Below, piece by piece: positions 20,901-28,267 of a stretch of DNA of 49,054 nt (the stretch's first letter is position 1; the number at the start of each line of letters is the position of its first letter). Position numbers and translations under genes: made by a program. The stretch comes from Bacteroidota bacterium. GTDB taxonomy: Bacteria > Bacteroidota > Bacteroidia > NS11-12g > UBA955. The stretch spans positions 1 to 49,054 of the forward strand of contig JBEDND010000023.1 of assembly GCA_041170785.1 (NCBI GenBank), read 5' to 3'. The notes under the pieces were generated by a model. It was not told where the DNA came from. It saw only the letters and a list, made by a program, of their open reading frames with translations, and searched no databases.

Positions 20901-22269
20901 ACATGGAACTGCCAGACCAGGTAGGCGTATATCCGTAAGTCCAGTTGCTGGTGATGTTTCGCTTGCACTGATCTGTGTACCTGCTTCGGTATTGCCAGCC
21001 CAGACTCCAAAATGCAACATTGCAATTGGTAGGCACACAAGTGTACATGTCCCACTCTAAATACAGCGTATCGCCGGGTTTCAAAGTACCCGCATTGAAG
21101 CGAAACATCCCGGGCTGCGGCGGACCAAAACAATTGGTTGCCGGCAAACTATTTATTCTGATGGAATCTACCCAGGGTTTAAATGGCGTTCCATTGTATC
21201 CCATCCTGACACGAATACTTCCGGTATCAATCCTCGAGTACAAGCCGTTCACAAAACCGGTTCCATTGCTTTGGGCGATTTCGAGGAACACATCTGTTGC
21301 GGCCATCTGCCCCCGGTTGAACACACGCAGCATTTGTTTGCTGACACTTTTGCCATCGTAGCAGGTATTCAGCGATGGTGTTGCCAGAAATGCTATGTTC
21401 GGAGCACGGCCATTAATGGTAACTGCGCCATTGCTTTTTACCGTCTGACAAATAAGCCCGTCGCAACCCCAACTCATTTCTACCGCCGTGGACAGCCTGC
21501 TGCAAGCCATAACCTCCATACTGTCATTGAGCAAAAATCCTTCATTCTGCTCCAACAGCGTATCCTTATCGCCTATGGTTTTGATGAACGACGCATCGAT
21601 CAGTGTAATGACCGTATCACCCTTGATGGTGGTAGTTCCGCCCAAAGAACCATAGCAACGAACATCACCGCCGTGAATACGCACAATCCGCAATGAGCTC
21701 AGTGGGCCTTTGCCAAAGTTGCGCACGGTAAATCCACGCACAAAACGGTCGCCCACATTCCCGCTGAAGGTTTGGTTGCTGATGGAGGCAAATCCGGGCG
21801 AGGGTAAGTTCGCCGAAAAGGAAACAGATGTTGCGGCATCAAAACTCCCCAAATAATCCACCCGTGCCTGAATCACAGGAACGCCGCTGGCATTCAGAAA
21901 ACTCAGCAAGTCACAGTTGGAACGAAGCCGGTAGCCGAACGTAAAGCGCTGACCCACACTCATGGTTGGTGCCGAAAAAATGGGTTTGTTCAGGTCGCTG
22001 ATGTTCGACTCGGACACGCCTGTTCCACTGGCTGTTCCAGGAACATAAAACACCCCGGGGGGGAGGCTCAGCGTTACCTTCACATTGCTGATGGTACTGG
22101 AGCTGATGTTGAATACCGTAACACGTGTTGTATCGCTGCCCGAACAAATATTCAGATTCCTTGGGATGCCGGTATTGATGCTCAGTTTATTTCCCTGAGC
22201 AAGCATTCCGGCTGGCAGGATAAAGAGCCACGAGCTTAATAAAAACCAATAAAAACGGTTTCCTCCCAC
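14989..22269 (-). CDS. Giant (2426 aa) cell-surface protein: unassigned ~1500-aa N-terminal region, Ig-like/PKD repeat array, T9SS type B (gliding-motility-associated) C-terminal domain
   Basis: Uninterrupted 7.3-kb ORF with a GTG start and signal peptide (FYWFLLSSWLFILPAGMLAQG). About eight PKD-like repeats carry W-x-F/L-G/N-DG cores (WRFGDGDS, WNFGDGDT, WDFNDGRT, WDLADGST ...). Two ANAGPDQ-type Ig-like modules precede them. The C-terminus YLPDAFTPNRDGKNEVF..IYSRWGELIY..WDGTFRG..VPAGVYVV matches the TIGR04131-type domain. Confidence 0.9.
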   Translation of the reverse strand: MGGNRFYWFLLSSWLFILPAGMLAQGNKLSINTGIPRNLNICSGSDTTRVTVFNISSSTISNVKVTLSLPPGVFYVPGTASGTGVSESNISDLNKPIFSAPTMSVGQRFTFGYRLRSNCDLLSFLNASGVPVIQARVDYLGSFDAATSVSFSANLPSPGFASISNQTFSGNVGDRFVRGFTVRNFGKGPLSSLRIVRIHGGDVRCYGSLGGTTTIKGDTVITLIDASFIKTIGDKDTLLEQNEGFLLNDSMEVMACSRLSTAVEMSWGCDGLICQTVKSNGAVTINGRAPNIAFLATPSLNTCYDGKSVSKQMLRVFNRGQMAATDVFLEIAQSNGTGFVNGLYSRIDTGSIRVRMGYNGTPFKPWVDSIRINSLPATNCFGPPQPGMFRFNAGTLKPGDTLYLEWDMYTCVPTNCNVAFWSLGWQYRSRYTDQCKRNITSNWTYGYTPTWSGSSMSAFTPTDIVKTETKLFRYQIASNSFLVTHSSARYRVDLVLPVGLSHSLSTNDIYFENANLTAIWKPDSVRQIGDTVRAFFKHPAPFSLNNGELLIYLKADCAKASGNSNKSLSVSFLYNPNFSCHPGLWLRNFCTTTQVRLHCGSACNGGMLFRNFSVARTSYGLPDNDNNGKPDTSGSVDKTKIRAERAMFGDTITSVFYGKVQRSSSSFLWRFGYAESVVSYGSVLDVVGVHLEVYKGRSKISGNCNRVRWRKTVSGLNATFRFDFTIDSIATGGCFAPTYLYSHNDSVKLVVRYRVAKNIGNTVYPTRFDNRFYFGSVPNPNNSQSFQCDSFSGIVMVTGSFYVNWAPGTYNVNNCNQLYISQNFYLSIGPCCSNYAGGNHFPFEYRSWSKLKAVRLYLPTGATLVLGQIGQYRTAGTNASVLERYDTLQASKGAINPIVFDIGKLYSDSGGRLFPSDDGFYGYFQALIQPGCDLSTAGAQPVHYDFIMERQGNMGKGFDTVNSKVPAYNDFLQFNKPALSLQATIPTVYAYEDTAEWELRYTNPSTSFTALNVWLSPQTGGSIRVVEIRDAVRDTVIKPVNGIYRAGALGLNQSRRFKVRAVYTSCARDSIRIFAGWNCTGYPQSFTDYKCSPNETTLFLEPQNTRLQLTLSDSISIADLCAETPYRILLENIQATTAYQPKIQINLPPGLEVVPGSVSLKYPMKSSWTGIPTPKLLSGITYQWDLAALSSLFASGFSGTTDTSKNKMLVSFRVRTTCDYASGSYLKVNASASLRCGDPVPVIPVVSYPLDIKNAVRPYFTQVRMWSDSILPCEKPGNMRVRVLVLGPDTTATEDKFQILFPKGMVYDTSSLNRIRNGPHKVNLRNINGAQEVEWSLPTSIKPGDSIEFSFRYQTDGSYFGCGPQDLYGQSVVRQEVVCVKDNSKCKINVITGSTNITPPLAKSQPGFVMRSINTQQFHNDSEQVQVHYDIQNLGVWSSASKPAVLRYHYDADGSGTVSAGDPLLGRDTLKGSFPANAIRTVKRTLRVRAGYSCALIAVLDSASCACTFRQLRFPSPALANAGPDQRICEGDSLRLGTFTNSGFKYLWEPAAAVDDETLARPRCLLVNQSGVSESYPLNLTTIRGLCISRDTVNVEVHPLPFVTARLADTSVCRGRPVLLSATGSGSASPIRYRWFPSAGLSDTSGSTVLAAPAASTTYKVFAVDKNGCMRSDTSRVNMMPYPVSRFVWNFACEGQELRVTDSSTLAEGLIISRYWKLGTKDTLNGTEHVVDMKGMFMQPVRLISQSDAGCLDTFETAVDVKPRPRAQFTANPVCFGDSMLFVDQSSLSSGTLSLPVWLPGDGFTLSGGSVKHRYAASDTFLARLVSSSVLGCSDTIAQEVVVYPRPVAAFSVQSVCLGDTLYFEDRSVLQGDVLQSHRWVIDGTSGYQTAKIAHRSSTEQFNRVYLHVRSSFGCADSLTDSVWVYPLPRPDFYVDSVCEGNYSRFRDSSVIPTGRIAKRHWDLADGSTSTLIHPLHRYAIGGIYLVKLMEESEQGCRDSVLKNVVVHGAARPQIATSNHCHKEYGRFEGTYVGNGIPSNWIWRFGDGDSSLSQNQLYRYLTPGNYRVDLRILTDRQCVYDTFTTVRVHALPRVAFGFTNKCYDNKLSFSDTISLAGGIVRSIRWNFGDGDTAAVGYPTHAYPSAGTWRVSLLAYSDRGCADSAVKTVATYDKVIVNFNADTVCFGNATSFQDASISPGAAISRYFWDFNDGRTSAAKDPTYTYKREGVYLVKHSISTSYNCQYDTVKRVVVHPMPIAGFTTLPDEGATVLNPVISFFDNSIGADTLWYTTGDGNRHVKRDFVHRYADSGWYRAVQYVANKEGCADTFSKPVYISFIYTMYLPDAFTPNRDGKNEVFGPVGQGITAYDMKIYSRWGELIYQTQNSEPWDGTFRGSLVPAGVYVVLLNLEDYQGVRHWHQATFHLIR

Positions 22270-22321
22270 ATGTTCAAATGTAGGTTTTTCTTGAATAAAG
22301 ACCCATATGATGAAGTCAAGC

Positions 22322-22329
22322 TACCTTTG
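22322..22329 (+). promoter_or_regulatory. Candidate Bacteroidota -7 promoter box (TAnnTTTG) for der
   Basis: TACCTTTG is an exact match to TAnnTTTG and ends 8-11 nt upstream of the two candidate der ATGs (22337, 22340). No well-spaced -33 TTTG element was seen. Confidence 0.35.
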
Positions 22330-22339
22330 CAGTTCAATG

Positions 22340-23662
22340 ATGAATAGAATTGTAGCCATCGTGGGCCGGCCAAATGTTGGCAAAAGCACTTTATTTAACC
22401 GGCTTACAGGCGAGCGAAAAGCTATCGTTGATGACTTCAGCGGAGTTACCCGCGACCGCCACTACGGAGAAAGTGACTGGAATGGAACTACGTTTATGGT
22501 GGTTGATACCGGTGGTTTTGTGCCTGAAAGCAATGACGTTTTTGAAAAAGCCATCCGCGAACAGGTACATATTGCCATTGAAGAATCTGCTGCTTTGTTG
22601 TTTGTAGTGGATGTAAGTTCCGACATCCATCCTTTGGATGAAGCATTTGCCGATGTATTGCGGCGCTCAGGAAAACCAGTGTTGTTGGTGGTAAACAAAG
22701 TGGACAGTCCGAAAGATGCGCCGCAGGCAGCCCAGTTTTTTGCCCTGGGTTTTAAAGACGTTTTCGACATTTCTGCCATTACCGGCAGTGGTACCGGAGA
22801 ACTTCTAGACCAACTTGTTTCCATCATCAAAGCCGACGAAGCTGCACAGCTGCCAGAACCCGAAGCCACAGCAAACATTCCAAGGATTGCTGTGGTGGGA
22901 AGACCCAACGTTGGAAAATCATCCTTCGTGAATGCCTTGATTGGGCAGGACAGAAACATCGTTACCGATATTGCCGGAACCACACGCGACAGTATTCATA
23001 CCCATTACAAAGCCTACGGCAAGGATCTTTTGTTGGTGGACACTGCCGGAATCCGCAAAAAGAGTAAGGTTCAGGAGAATATTGAATTCTATTCTGTGAT
23101 GCGCTCCCTGCGCGCCTTAGAAGACGCAGATGTTGTAGTGTTGATGATTGACGCCACTTTGGGACCGGAAGCTCAGGATTTGAATTTATTTTGGCTGGCA
23201 CACCGCAACGGAAAAGGAATTGTCATTCTGGTCAACAAATGGGACCTTATCGAAAAAGAAACAAATACCATGAAGGCCTACCAGGAAGACATCCTTGAAA
23301 AACTTGAACCCTTCACCGATGTGCCCATCGTATTCGTTTCAGCCCAAAACAAACAACGCATCTATCAGGCATTGGAGGAAGTGATGCATGTGTACGATAA
23401 CATGCAGCGCCGCATTTCCACCCGCGTATTGAACGACTTTCTTCTTCCCGTGATTGAACATTACCCGCCACCCAGCCGTAAGGGTAAGTTCGTCAAAATC
23501 AAGTATGTAACCCAGCTGCGCAGCAAGCGCGTGGCTTTCGCACTGTTCTGCAACCTGCCGCAGTACGTGGCTGATTCTTACAGCCGCTATCTGGAAAACA
23601 AACTCCGCGAAGAATTCGATTTCAAAGGCGTTCCCATCAGCCTGTTTTTCAGGGAGAAATAA
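22340..23662 (+). CDS. der: Ribosome-associated GTPase Der (EngA), two tandem G domains plus KH-like C-terminus
   Basis: MNRIVAIVGRPNVGKSTLFNRL (G1 of domain 1), DTGG, NKVD. Second domain IAVVGRPNVGKSSFVNAL, DTAGIR, NKWD. The start is taken at the ATG closest to the conserved N-terminus; 22337 is equally possible and the track start is 22307. Confidence 0.92.
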   Translation: MNRIVAIVGRPNVGKSTLFNRLTGERKAIVDDFSGVTRDRHYGESDWNGTTFMVVDTGGFVPESNDVFEKAIREQVHIAIEESAALLFVVDVSSDIHPLDEAFADVLRRSGKPVLLVVNKVDSPKDAPQAAQFFALGFKDVFDISAITGSGTGELLDQLVSIIKADEAAQLPEPEATANIPRIAVVGRPNVGKSSFVNALIGQDRNIVTDIAGTTRDSIHTHYKAYGKDLLLVDTAGIRKKSKVQENIEFYSVMRSLRALEDADVVVLMIDATLGPEAQDLNLFWLAHRNGKGIVILVNKWDLIEKETNTMKAYQEDILEKLEPFTDVPIVFVSAQNKQRIYQALEEVMHVYDNMQRRISTRVLNDFLLPVIEHYPPPSRKGKFVKIKYVTQLRSKRVAFALFCNLPQYVADSYSRYLENKLREEFDFKGVPISLFFREK

Positions 23663-23683
23663 GTTCCTGATTCAACCTTTAGT

Positions 23684-24217
23684 TCAAGCCGTGCTCCATA
23701 CCGGCAACATTGGATTGCCCGGATGTTGTTCGAGAAACAGTTCCATCAGCAACACATCGTGCCATATTCCGTGTTTATACCCGGATTTTCTTAGGATGCC
23801 TGCGGCTTCAAAACCGATATGCTCATGCAGCGCCACACTTTGTGGATTGGGCAGCGTGATTACTGCATACACGTTGATCAAGCCACGACGACGCAACTCC
23901 TGAAACAAACTGTGATACAGCTGCGTTGCCAGCCCCTGACGGCGCGCTTGGGGATGAATGTACACCGAGCATTCACAACACCACTGATAGGCCGCCCGTT
24001 CCCTGAAACGCATGGCATAGGCATAACCCAAAACCTGTGTTTCTGAAACCGCCACCAGCCAGGGATATTGCGTGCACACCGCATGAAAACGCTCCCGAAA
24101 AGCAGGCAAGGATGGAATTTCGTACTCAAACGTAATGGCTGTATCCCGGACAAAAGGCGCATAGATTTCAAGGATTTGCGGTAAATCCGCCTCAACAGCA
24201 GGTCTGATTTGTGCCAT
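23684..24217 (-). CDS. GNAT-family N-acetyltransferase, phosphinothricin/methionine-sulfoximine acetyltransferase-like
   Basis: 177-aa ORF: IRPAVEADLPQILEIY..T.ITFEYE.P; acetyl-CoA-binding-type segment HPQARRQGLATQLYHSLF; overall PAT-like layout. Confidence 0.75.
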   Translation of the reverse strand: MAQIRPAVEADLPQILEIYAPFVRDTAITFEYEIPSLPAFRERFHAVCTQYPWLVAVSETQVLGYAYAMRFRERAAYQWCCECSVYIHPQARRQGLATQLYHSLFQELRRRGLINVYAVITLPNPQSVALHEHIGFEAAGILRKSGYKHGIWHDVLLMELFLEQHPGNPMLPVWSTA

Positions 24218-24222
24218 CGTTA

Positions 24223-24894
24223 TTAACGCACTGCCTGCATGAAGAAATCATTCATCGGTTTACCGGCCCGGTAAGCTTCCATCAATAGGGAAACGGCATC
24301 TGCGTCAATCAGCGCCTCAGGCTCAAACGTATATGCATAATACCACTGTTTGTTTGTGATGAGCGGTTCCTGTAATGCGTACTTGGACAAATCGGCGGGC
24401 AAACGCTTTTGAACCTCACCCTGAATTCCGCCAAAAAAACGCCGGAACGCGGGTGCTTCAAGTTCTATTTTCAAGCCCGCAGGATTGTTGGCCAGATGGC
24501 GGCGAATACGTTCAACGGTAACAGAATCAGGATTGTAAATTCCCATATACACCGCACATTGCTCCACTCCGATTTGGAAATAAAAACCGGGATGTTGCAT
24601 GTCTTTTTTGCCCTCCGGTGCAAAAGCAGCCGCCATATGCAACTTGTACGGTTCCTTGTTTTTGGAGAAGCGTATGTCGCGGTTAATCCGAAAAATCAGT
24701 TCCGATGTTTTTTGTGCATCAAATGGAGGGCCCAGTTGCTCCTGAATGGCTGCAACCAGTTGGTGAAAGGGTTGTTTCACGTGTTTTTCATAGTCTGTGC
24801 GGTGTTCGTCGAACCAGGATTTGCGGTTGTTTTGGGCCAATCCTATGAAAAACTCGAAGAAGTCAGCGTTGATGGTTGGTTGCATCTGTTCCAA
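24223..24894 (-). CDS. DUF2461 (TIGR02453) family protein
   Basis: 223-aa ORF. FFEFFIGLAQNNRKSWFDEHRTDYEKHVKQPF and RINRDIRFSKNKEPYKLHM match the TIGR02453 signature as I recall it. Confidence 0.7.
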   Translation of the reverse strand: MEQMQPTINADFFEFFIGLAQNNRKSWFDEHRTDYEKHVKQPFHQLVAAIQEQLGPPFDAQKTSELIFRINRDIRFSKNKEPYKLHMAAAFAPEGKKDMQHPGFYFQIGVEQCAVYMGIYNPDSVTVERIRRHLANNPAGLKIELEAPAFRRFFGGIQGEVQKRLPADLSKYALQEPLITNKQWYYAYTFEPEALIDADAVSLLMEAYRAGKPMNDFFMQAVR

Positions 24895-24900
24895 AATTAA

Positions 24901-26370
24901 TTACTTCCGGCTTTGACGTTTCAGTTGCGCCACCAAACCACTTTGCGCCACCTCGGCATTCTGCACATGGAGGTAATCACCGCCACCGGCTGTTGCTACC
25001 TGTTCCAGGAACTCGAGTGGCTTGAGGGCATTGCCAAATCCGATGGTGCTGAGCATGATGCCCTGATTTCGATAGGATGTAACCAGTTTCAACAGCTCAT
25101 CGTTGCTCATGGTTCCGGCGGTAAACACCCCATCGGTAGCCACGATAACCTGGTTGTTTCCACCTTTGATCTGCTCTTTAAGGGCTGTAGCATAAGCCAG
25201 TCGGATGGCAGCCGCGCCATTAGTTCCTCCTGCCGGCACAAGCTGGTCTATCAAACGCAACAAACTATCAGGCTGATGAATCCAGGCAGGCGCAAAAATA
25301 ATAGACGCCGTACCGGCCATGGTAATTAGGGTAACTTTATCCATCGGACGAAGTGCCACAGCCATTCCGCTCATGGCCTGTTTCAGGAACAAGAGCTTGT
25401 CTTCCTTTTTCATGGAATAACTCACATCAAGCACCATCACAATGTTGTTGGCATTGTAAAGGCGCGGGTCAAGCTGCGTTTGTGTAACTGGAGCGGTATC
25501 CCGCACTGGCTCCGGTTCAGGTTCAGGTTCAGGCTCAGGTTCAGGCTCAGGCTCAGGCTCAGGTTCAGGCTTTGGTTTCGGTGGCATGGCAATGACCGGT
25601 TCATCCTCAGGAATGAACACCGGATCAGGATTGCGCACCGGTGGCGGCGGTGTTACCACAGCCACCGGTGGTTTCACTGGATCCAGATAAACCACCATAA
25701 GCTTGCGGTAAGCTTCAAGCAGCACGGCGGCATAATAATCTGCAAAGCCCTCTTTGCGCACTTCAACCATGTATTGCCCCGGAGGAATCAACATTTCATA
25801 AGCAAAACCGCTGCGCTCCAGTGGAACACGTCTTCCGTTTTTGTAATGAACCTGAATATGTTGCGGTTGCAGGATCTGATCTGTTTCACTGTTCCGTACC
25901 TCGATGGTAAACACCTTGCTTTGCTCGTCATGGCTTGCCGGCCCGCTGTTAACCGTTGGGCAACGCAGTTGCGCTTCAGGATTAAAACCCTTAATCAAGC
26001 CCTTCAATCGGAAATTGATTGGTTCATTTCTCAGGTTCACATAAACAGGAACCTCATGTTGAAACGGCCCTTTGACCCGGGCGTAATACACAATGGAAAT
26101 GGTTCCGGTTTCCCCGGGTTCCAGACTCTTGGATGAATAGGTAACTTTGTAGTCTTCATTGTAAAATACCGGCAGGAAAACCAAGGGTTTGACTCCGGCA
26201 TTTCTGATTTGAAATCTGGCGGTATCATTTTTCCAGAAATTAACCGCACCAAAATCCCACACATTACGATCTACAGAAATTTGTTGCGCCTGCGCGGGAA
26301 AAACACACAGTGCTAACAACAAAACGGAACATATGCCAAGGTGTTTCAACATTCGTTTGTTTTTTTTCAT
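24901..26370 (-). CDS. Secreted multidomain protein: DUF1573-like Ig fold, carboxypeptidase-regulatory-like domain, Pro/(EP)n linker, C-terminal vWA domain with MIDAS
   Basis: 489-aa ORF with a signal peptide ([19 protein letters not shown]). [21 protein letters not shown] resembles a DUF1573 N-terminal half. [12 protein letters not shown] is CarboxypepD_reg-like. [26 protein letters not shown] forms the linker. [10 protein letters not shown] contains the DxSxS MIDAS motif of vWA domains. Confidence 0.75.
   Translation of the reverse strand: [489 protein letters not shown]
25508..25579. repeat. Imperfect hexanucleotide tandem repeat (GGYTCA)n encoding the (EP)n/(KP) linker
   Basis: Read directly from the sequence: ggctcc ggttca ggttca ggttca ggctca ggttca ggctca ggctca ggctca ggttca ggcttt ggtttc. 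Confidence 0.95.
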
Positions 26371-26405
26371 TCAAAAACCAGACCGATAAATATTCAACGG
26401 ATGAT

Positions 26406-27173
26406 TCATGATTCCAATTGCATGGCCAATTGTGCAAAAGCGCGCCAATGTAGCTGTTCTGCCCTTTTTTTTGCCAGTTCCTCCGGAACCTTTAAAGGAA
26501 TACCTTTAAGGGCATTGGATAGTGTTTTCCTTCGTTGGTTGAATGCGGCTTTTACCACAGTTCGCAACGCATTCCAACCACATTCTGGCAAATCTTCTTC
26601 TTTCCTGATACAACTAATCACCCCGGATTTCACTTTAGGTGGTGGCGTGAATGAGCCTTCCTGAACGGTAAAGTTGTATTGCGCCTGGTAATAGGCCTGA
26701 AGCAACACCGACAGTATTCCGTACTCTTTGGAACCTGGTTCAGAACAGAGTCTTCGGGCAACTTCTCTTTGGAACATCCCTCCAAACCATTGAACCTGTG
26801 TTCGGTGTTCCAACACTTTGAACACAATCTGGCTGCTGATGTTGTATGGATAGTTACCAACCACGGCGGCATTCCCTGTTGGACCAAGTACGGCACTCAG
26901 ATCGGCCTGCAGCAAATCAGCTTCGAGCAATATAAAGGACTCTTTGTACGGAACATTGTTCAACCACGCCACAGATTCACCATCCAGCTCAATACAGCAT
27001 AAGCGACCGTGGAAGCGCGGAGCAAGGTGTTTTGTAAGCATGCCTGTTCCCGGTCCGATTTCAACGACAGGACTGCAGGAAGTGGGCACAAGCGCAGCAA
27101 TGGAAGCTGCAATGGCTTCCGAATTCAGAAAATGCTGACCCAGGTGTTTCTTGGGTTTGACGCTGTTCGCCAT
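26406..27173 (-). CDS. rsmA: 16S rRNA (adenine1518/1519-N6)-dimethyltransferase
   Basis: 255-aa ORF: KKHLGQHFL start motif, SAM-binding VVEIGPGTGMLT, NYPYNISS motif, and a C-terminal helical domain with FNQRRK. Confidence 0.92.
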   Translation of the reverse strand: MANSVKPKKHLGQHFLNSEAIAASIAALVPTSCSPVVEIGPGTGMLTKHLAPRFHGRLCCIELDGESVAWLNNVPYKESFILLEADLLQADLSAVLGPTGNAAVVGNYPYNISSQIVFKVLEHRTQVQWFGGMFQREVARRLCSEPGSKEYGILSVLLQAYYQAQYNFTVQEGSFTPPPKVKSGVISCIRKEEDLPECGWNALRTVVKAAFNQRRKTLSNALKGIPLKVPEELAKKRAEQLHWRAFAQLAMQLES

Positions 27174-27244
27174 GACTACAAGGGCAAAGGTGTTGTTTTG
27201 GTATGGAAATTGTATTTCTTTGAGCCAAAAATACGCTTAGACCT

Positions 27245-27754
27245 ATGAAAAAAATCCTGACCATCGTGGCCGCGGGCATCATTGCTACCGGTGCAGCATT
27301 TGCTCAATCACCAGGAAAACCAGCACCCAAGGCGAATCCGAAGCCTGCCGCCAAACAAAACACCAAGGCAGCTCCAGCAGCAAACAAGCCAAAACCAGCC
27401 CTTGTTAATGGTGCGAGTATCGCTTTTGAAAAAATGGAACACGATTTTGGAACACTGACGATGGGACCACAGGCCGCTGTAGCTTTCAAGTTCAGCAACA
27501 ACGGTACCGAAGCAGTGGTACTTACCGATGTGCATGCATCTTGCGGTTGTACCACTCCGGAATGGCCACGCGAACCCATTGCCCCGGGTCAGAATGCTGA
27601 AATCAAAGCCATTTACAATACCGCAGGCAGGCCCGGATATTTCGAAAAAACAATTTTTGTGACCTACAACGGCAAAACTGTAGAACTCAAAATCAAAGGC
27701 ACTGTTCAAAACAACGGCAGCGATACGCCAAATACCAACGGACAACTTCGTTAA
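27245..27754 (+). CDS. DUF1573 domain protein (paralog a) with Lys/Pro/Ala-rich N-terminal linker
   Basis: 169-aa ORF with a signal peptide and low-complexity PGKPAPKANPKPAAKQNTKAAPAANKPKPA. Core: HDFGTL..FKFSNNGTEAVVLTDVHASCGCTTPEWPREPIAPGQNAEI..GRPGYFEKTI. Confidence 0.8.
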   Translation: MKKILTIVAAGIIATGAAFAQSPGKPAPKANPKPAAKQNTKAAPAANKPKPALVNGASIAFEKMEHDFGTLTMGPQAAVAFKFSNNGTEAVVLTDVHASCGCTTPEWPREPIAPGQNAEIKAIYNTAGRPGYFEKTIFVTYNGKTVELKIKGTVQNNGSDTPNTNGQLR

Positions 27755-27780
27755 TTTCCTAAAGCATCAACAACCAACCA

Positions 27781-28203
27781 ATGAAAAACATCTTACTCTC
27801 CATTACCCTCTTGGGTTTCGGTTCCTGCACCTTCGCACAACAAACCGAAACTACACCAGCCAATCAGGTTCTTAAATTCGAAACCATGTCACATGATTTT
27901 GGTACCGTTTACGAAGGAACCATGGCTACCTACGACTTCAAATTCACCAATACCGGTCAGGCGCCCATCGTGCTTTCCAACGTGCAGGCATCTTGCGGTT
28001 GCACTACACCCAAATGGCCCCGCGAACCTATTGCTGCTGGCCAAAATGCGGTGATCACTGCACAATACAACAGCGCCGGCCGTCCAGGTTCGTTCCACAA
28101 AACCATCAGCGTCTATTCTGATGCCGGAAACTATACCCTGACCATCACTGGCAACGTGGTACAAAAACCCGAAAAGCCAAAATCACCGGTAATTGTAAAC
28201 TAA
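27781..28203 (+). CDS. DUF1573 domain protein (paralog b)
   Basis: 140-aa ORF with a signal peptide. Core: HDFGTV..FKFTNTGQAPIVLSNVQASCGCTTPKWPREPIAAGQNAVI..GRPGSFHKTI. The core is nearly identical to paralog a. Confidence 0.8.
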   Translation: MKNILLSITLLGFGSCTFAQQTETTPANQVLKFETMSHDFGTVYEGTMATYDFKFTNTGQAPIVLSNVQASCGCTTPKWPREPIAAGQNAVITAQYNSAGRPGSFHKTISVYSDAGNYTLTITGNVVQKPEKPKSPVIVN

Positions 28204-28221
28204 AAAAAGAATAGCTCAACC

Positions 28222-28258
28222 AAAACAGGCCTTCCCATCGGGAGGCCTGTTTTATTTT
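28222..28258 (+). terminator. Intrinsic terminator after DUF1573 paralog b
   Basis: About 14-bp hairpin AAAACAGGCCTTCCC-ATC-GGGAGGCCTGTTTT with one bulged T, followed by ATTTT. Confidence 0.75.
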
Positions 28259-28267
28259 GCAAGAACA

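Noticed and set aside
22053-22063. C7G4 homopolymer run (coding strand) near codon 70 of the giant adhesin gene, as a slipped-strand phase-variation switch
   Set aside because: Seven nt is below the tract lengths that usually give appreciable slippage. It simply encodes the recurrent L-P-P-G motif. Phase variation in Bacteroidota usually uses invertible promoters, and no flanking inverted repeats or recombinase are present.
25480-26136. 218-aa + strand ORF with an RFRFRLRLR repeat
   Set aside because: The repeat is the (GGYTCA)n microsatellite read in the wrong strand and frame. The opposite strand encodes a coherent signal peptide, Ig-like domains, linker and vWA protein.
26360-26370. A8 tract immediately after the ATG of the vWA gene, with similar A7 tracts at the 37702 and 46151 starts, as contingency loci
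   Set aside because: These are the ordinary MKK(K/N) n-regions of signal peptides encoded by AAA codons. The pattern is common and there is no evidence of variability.
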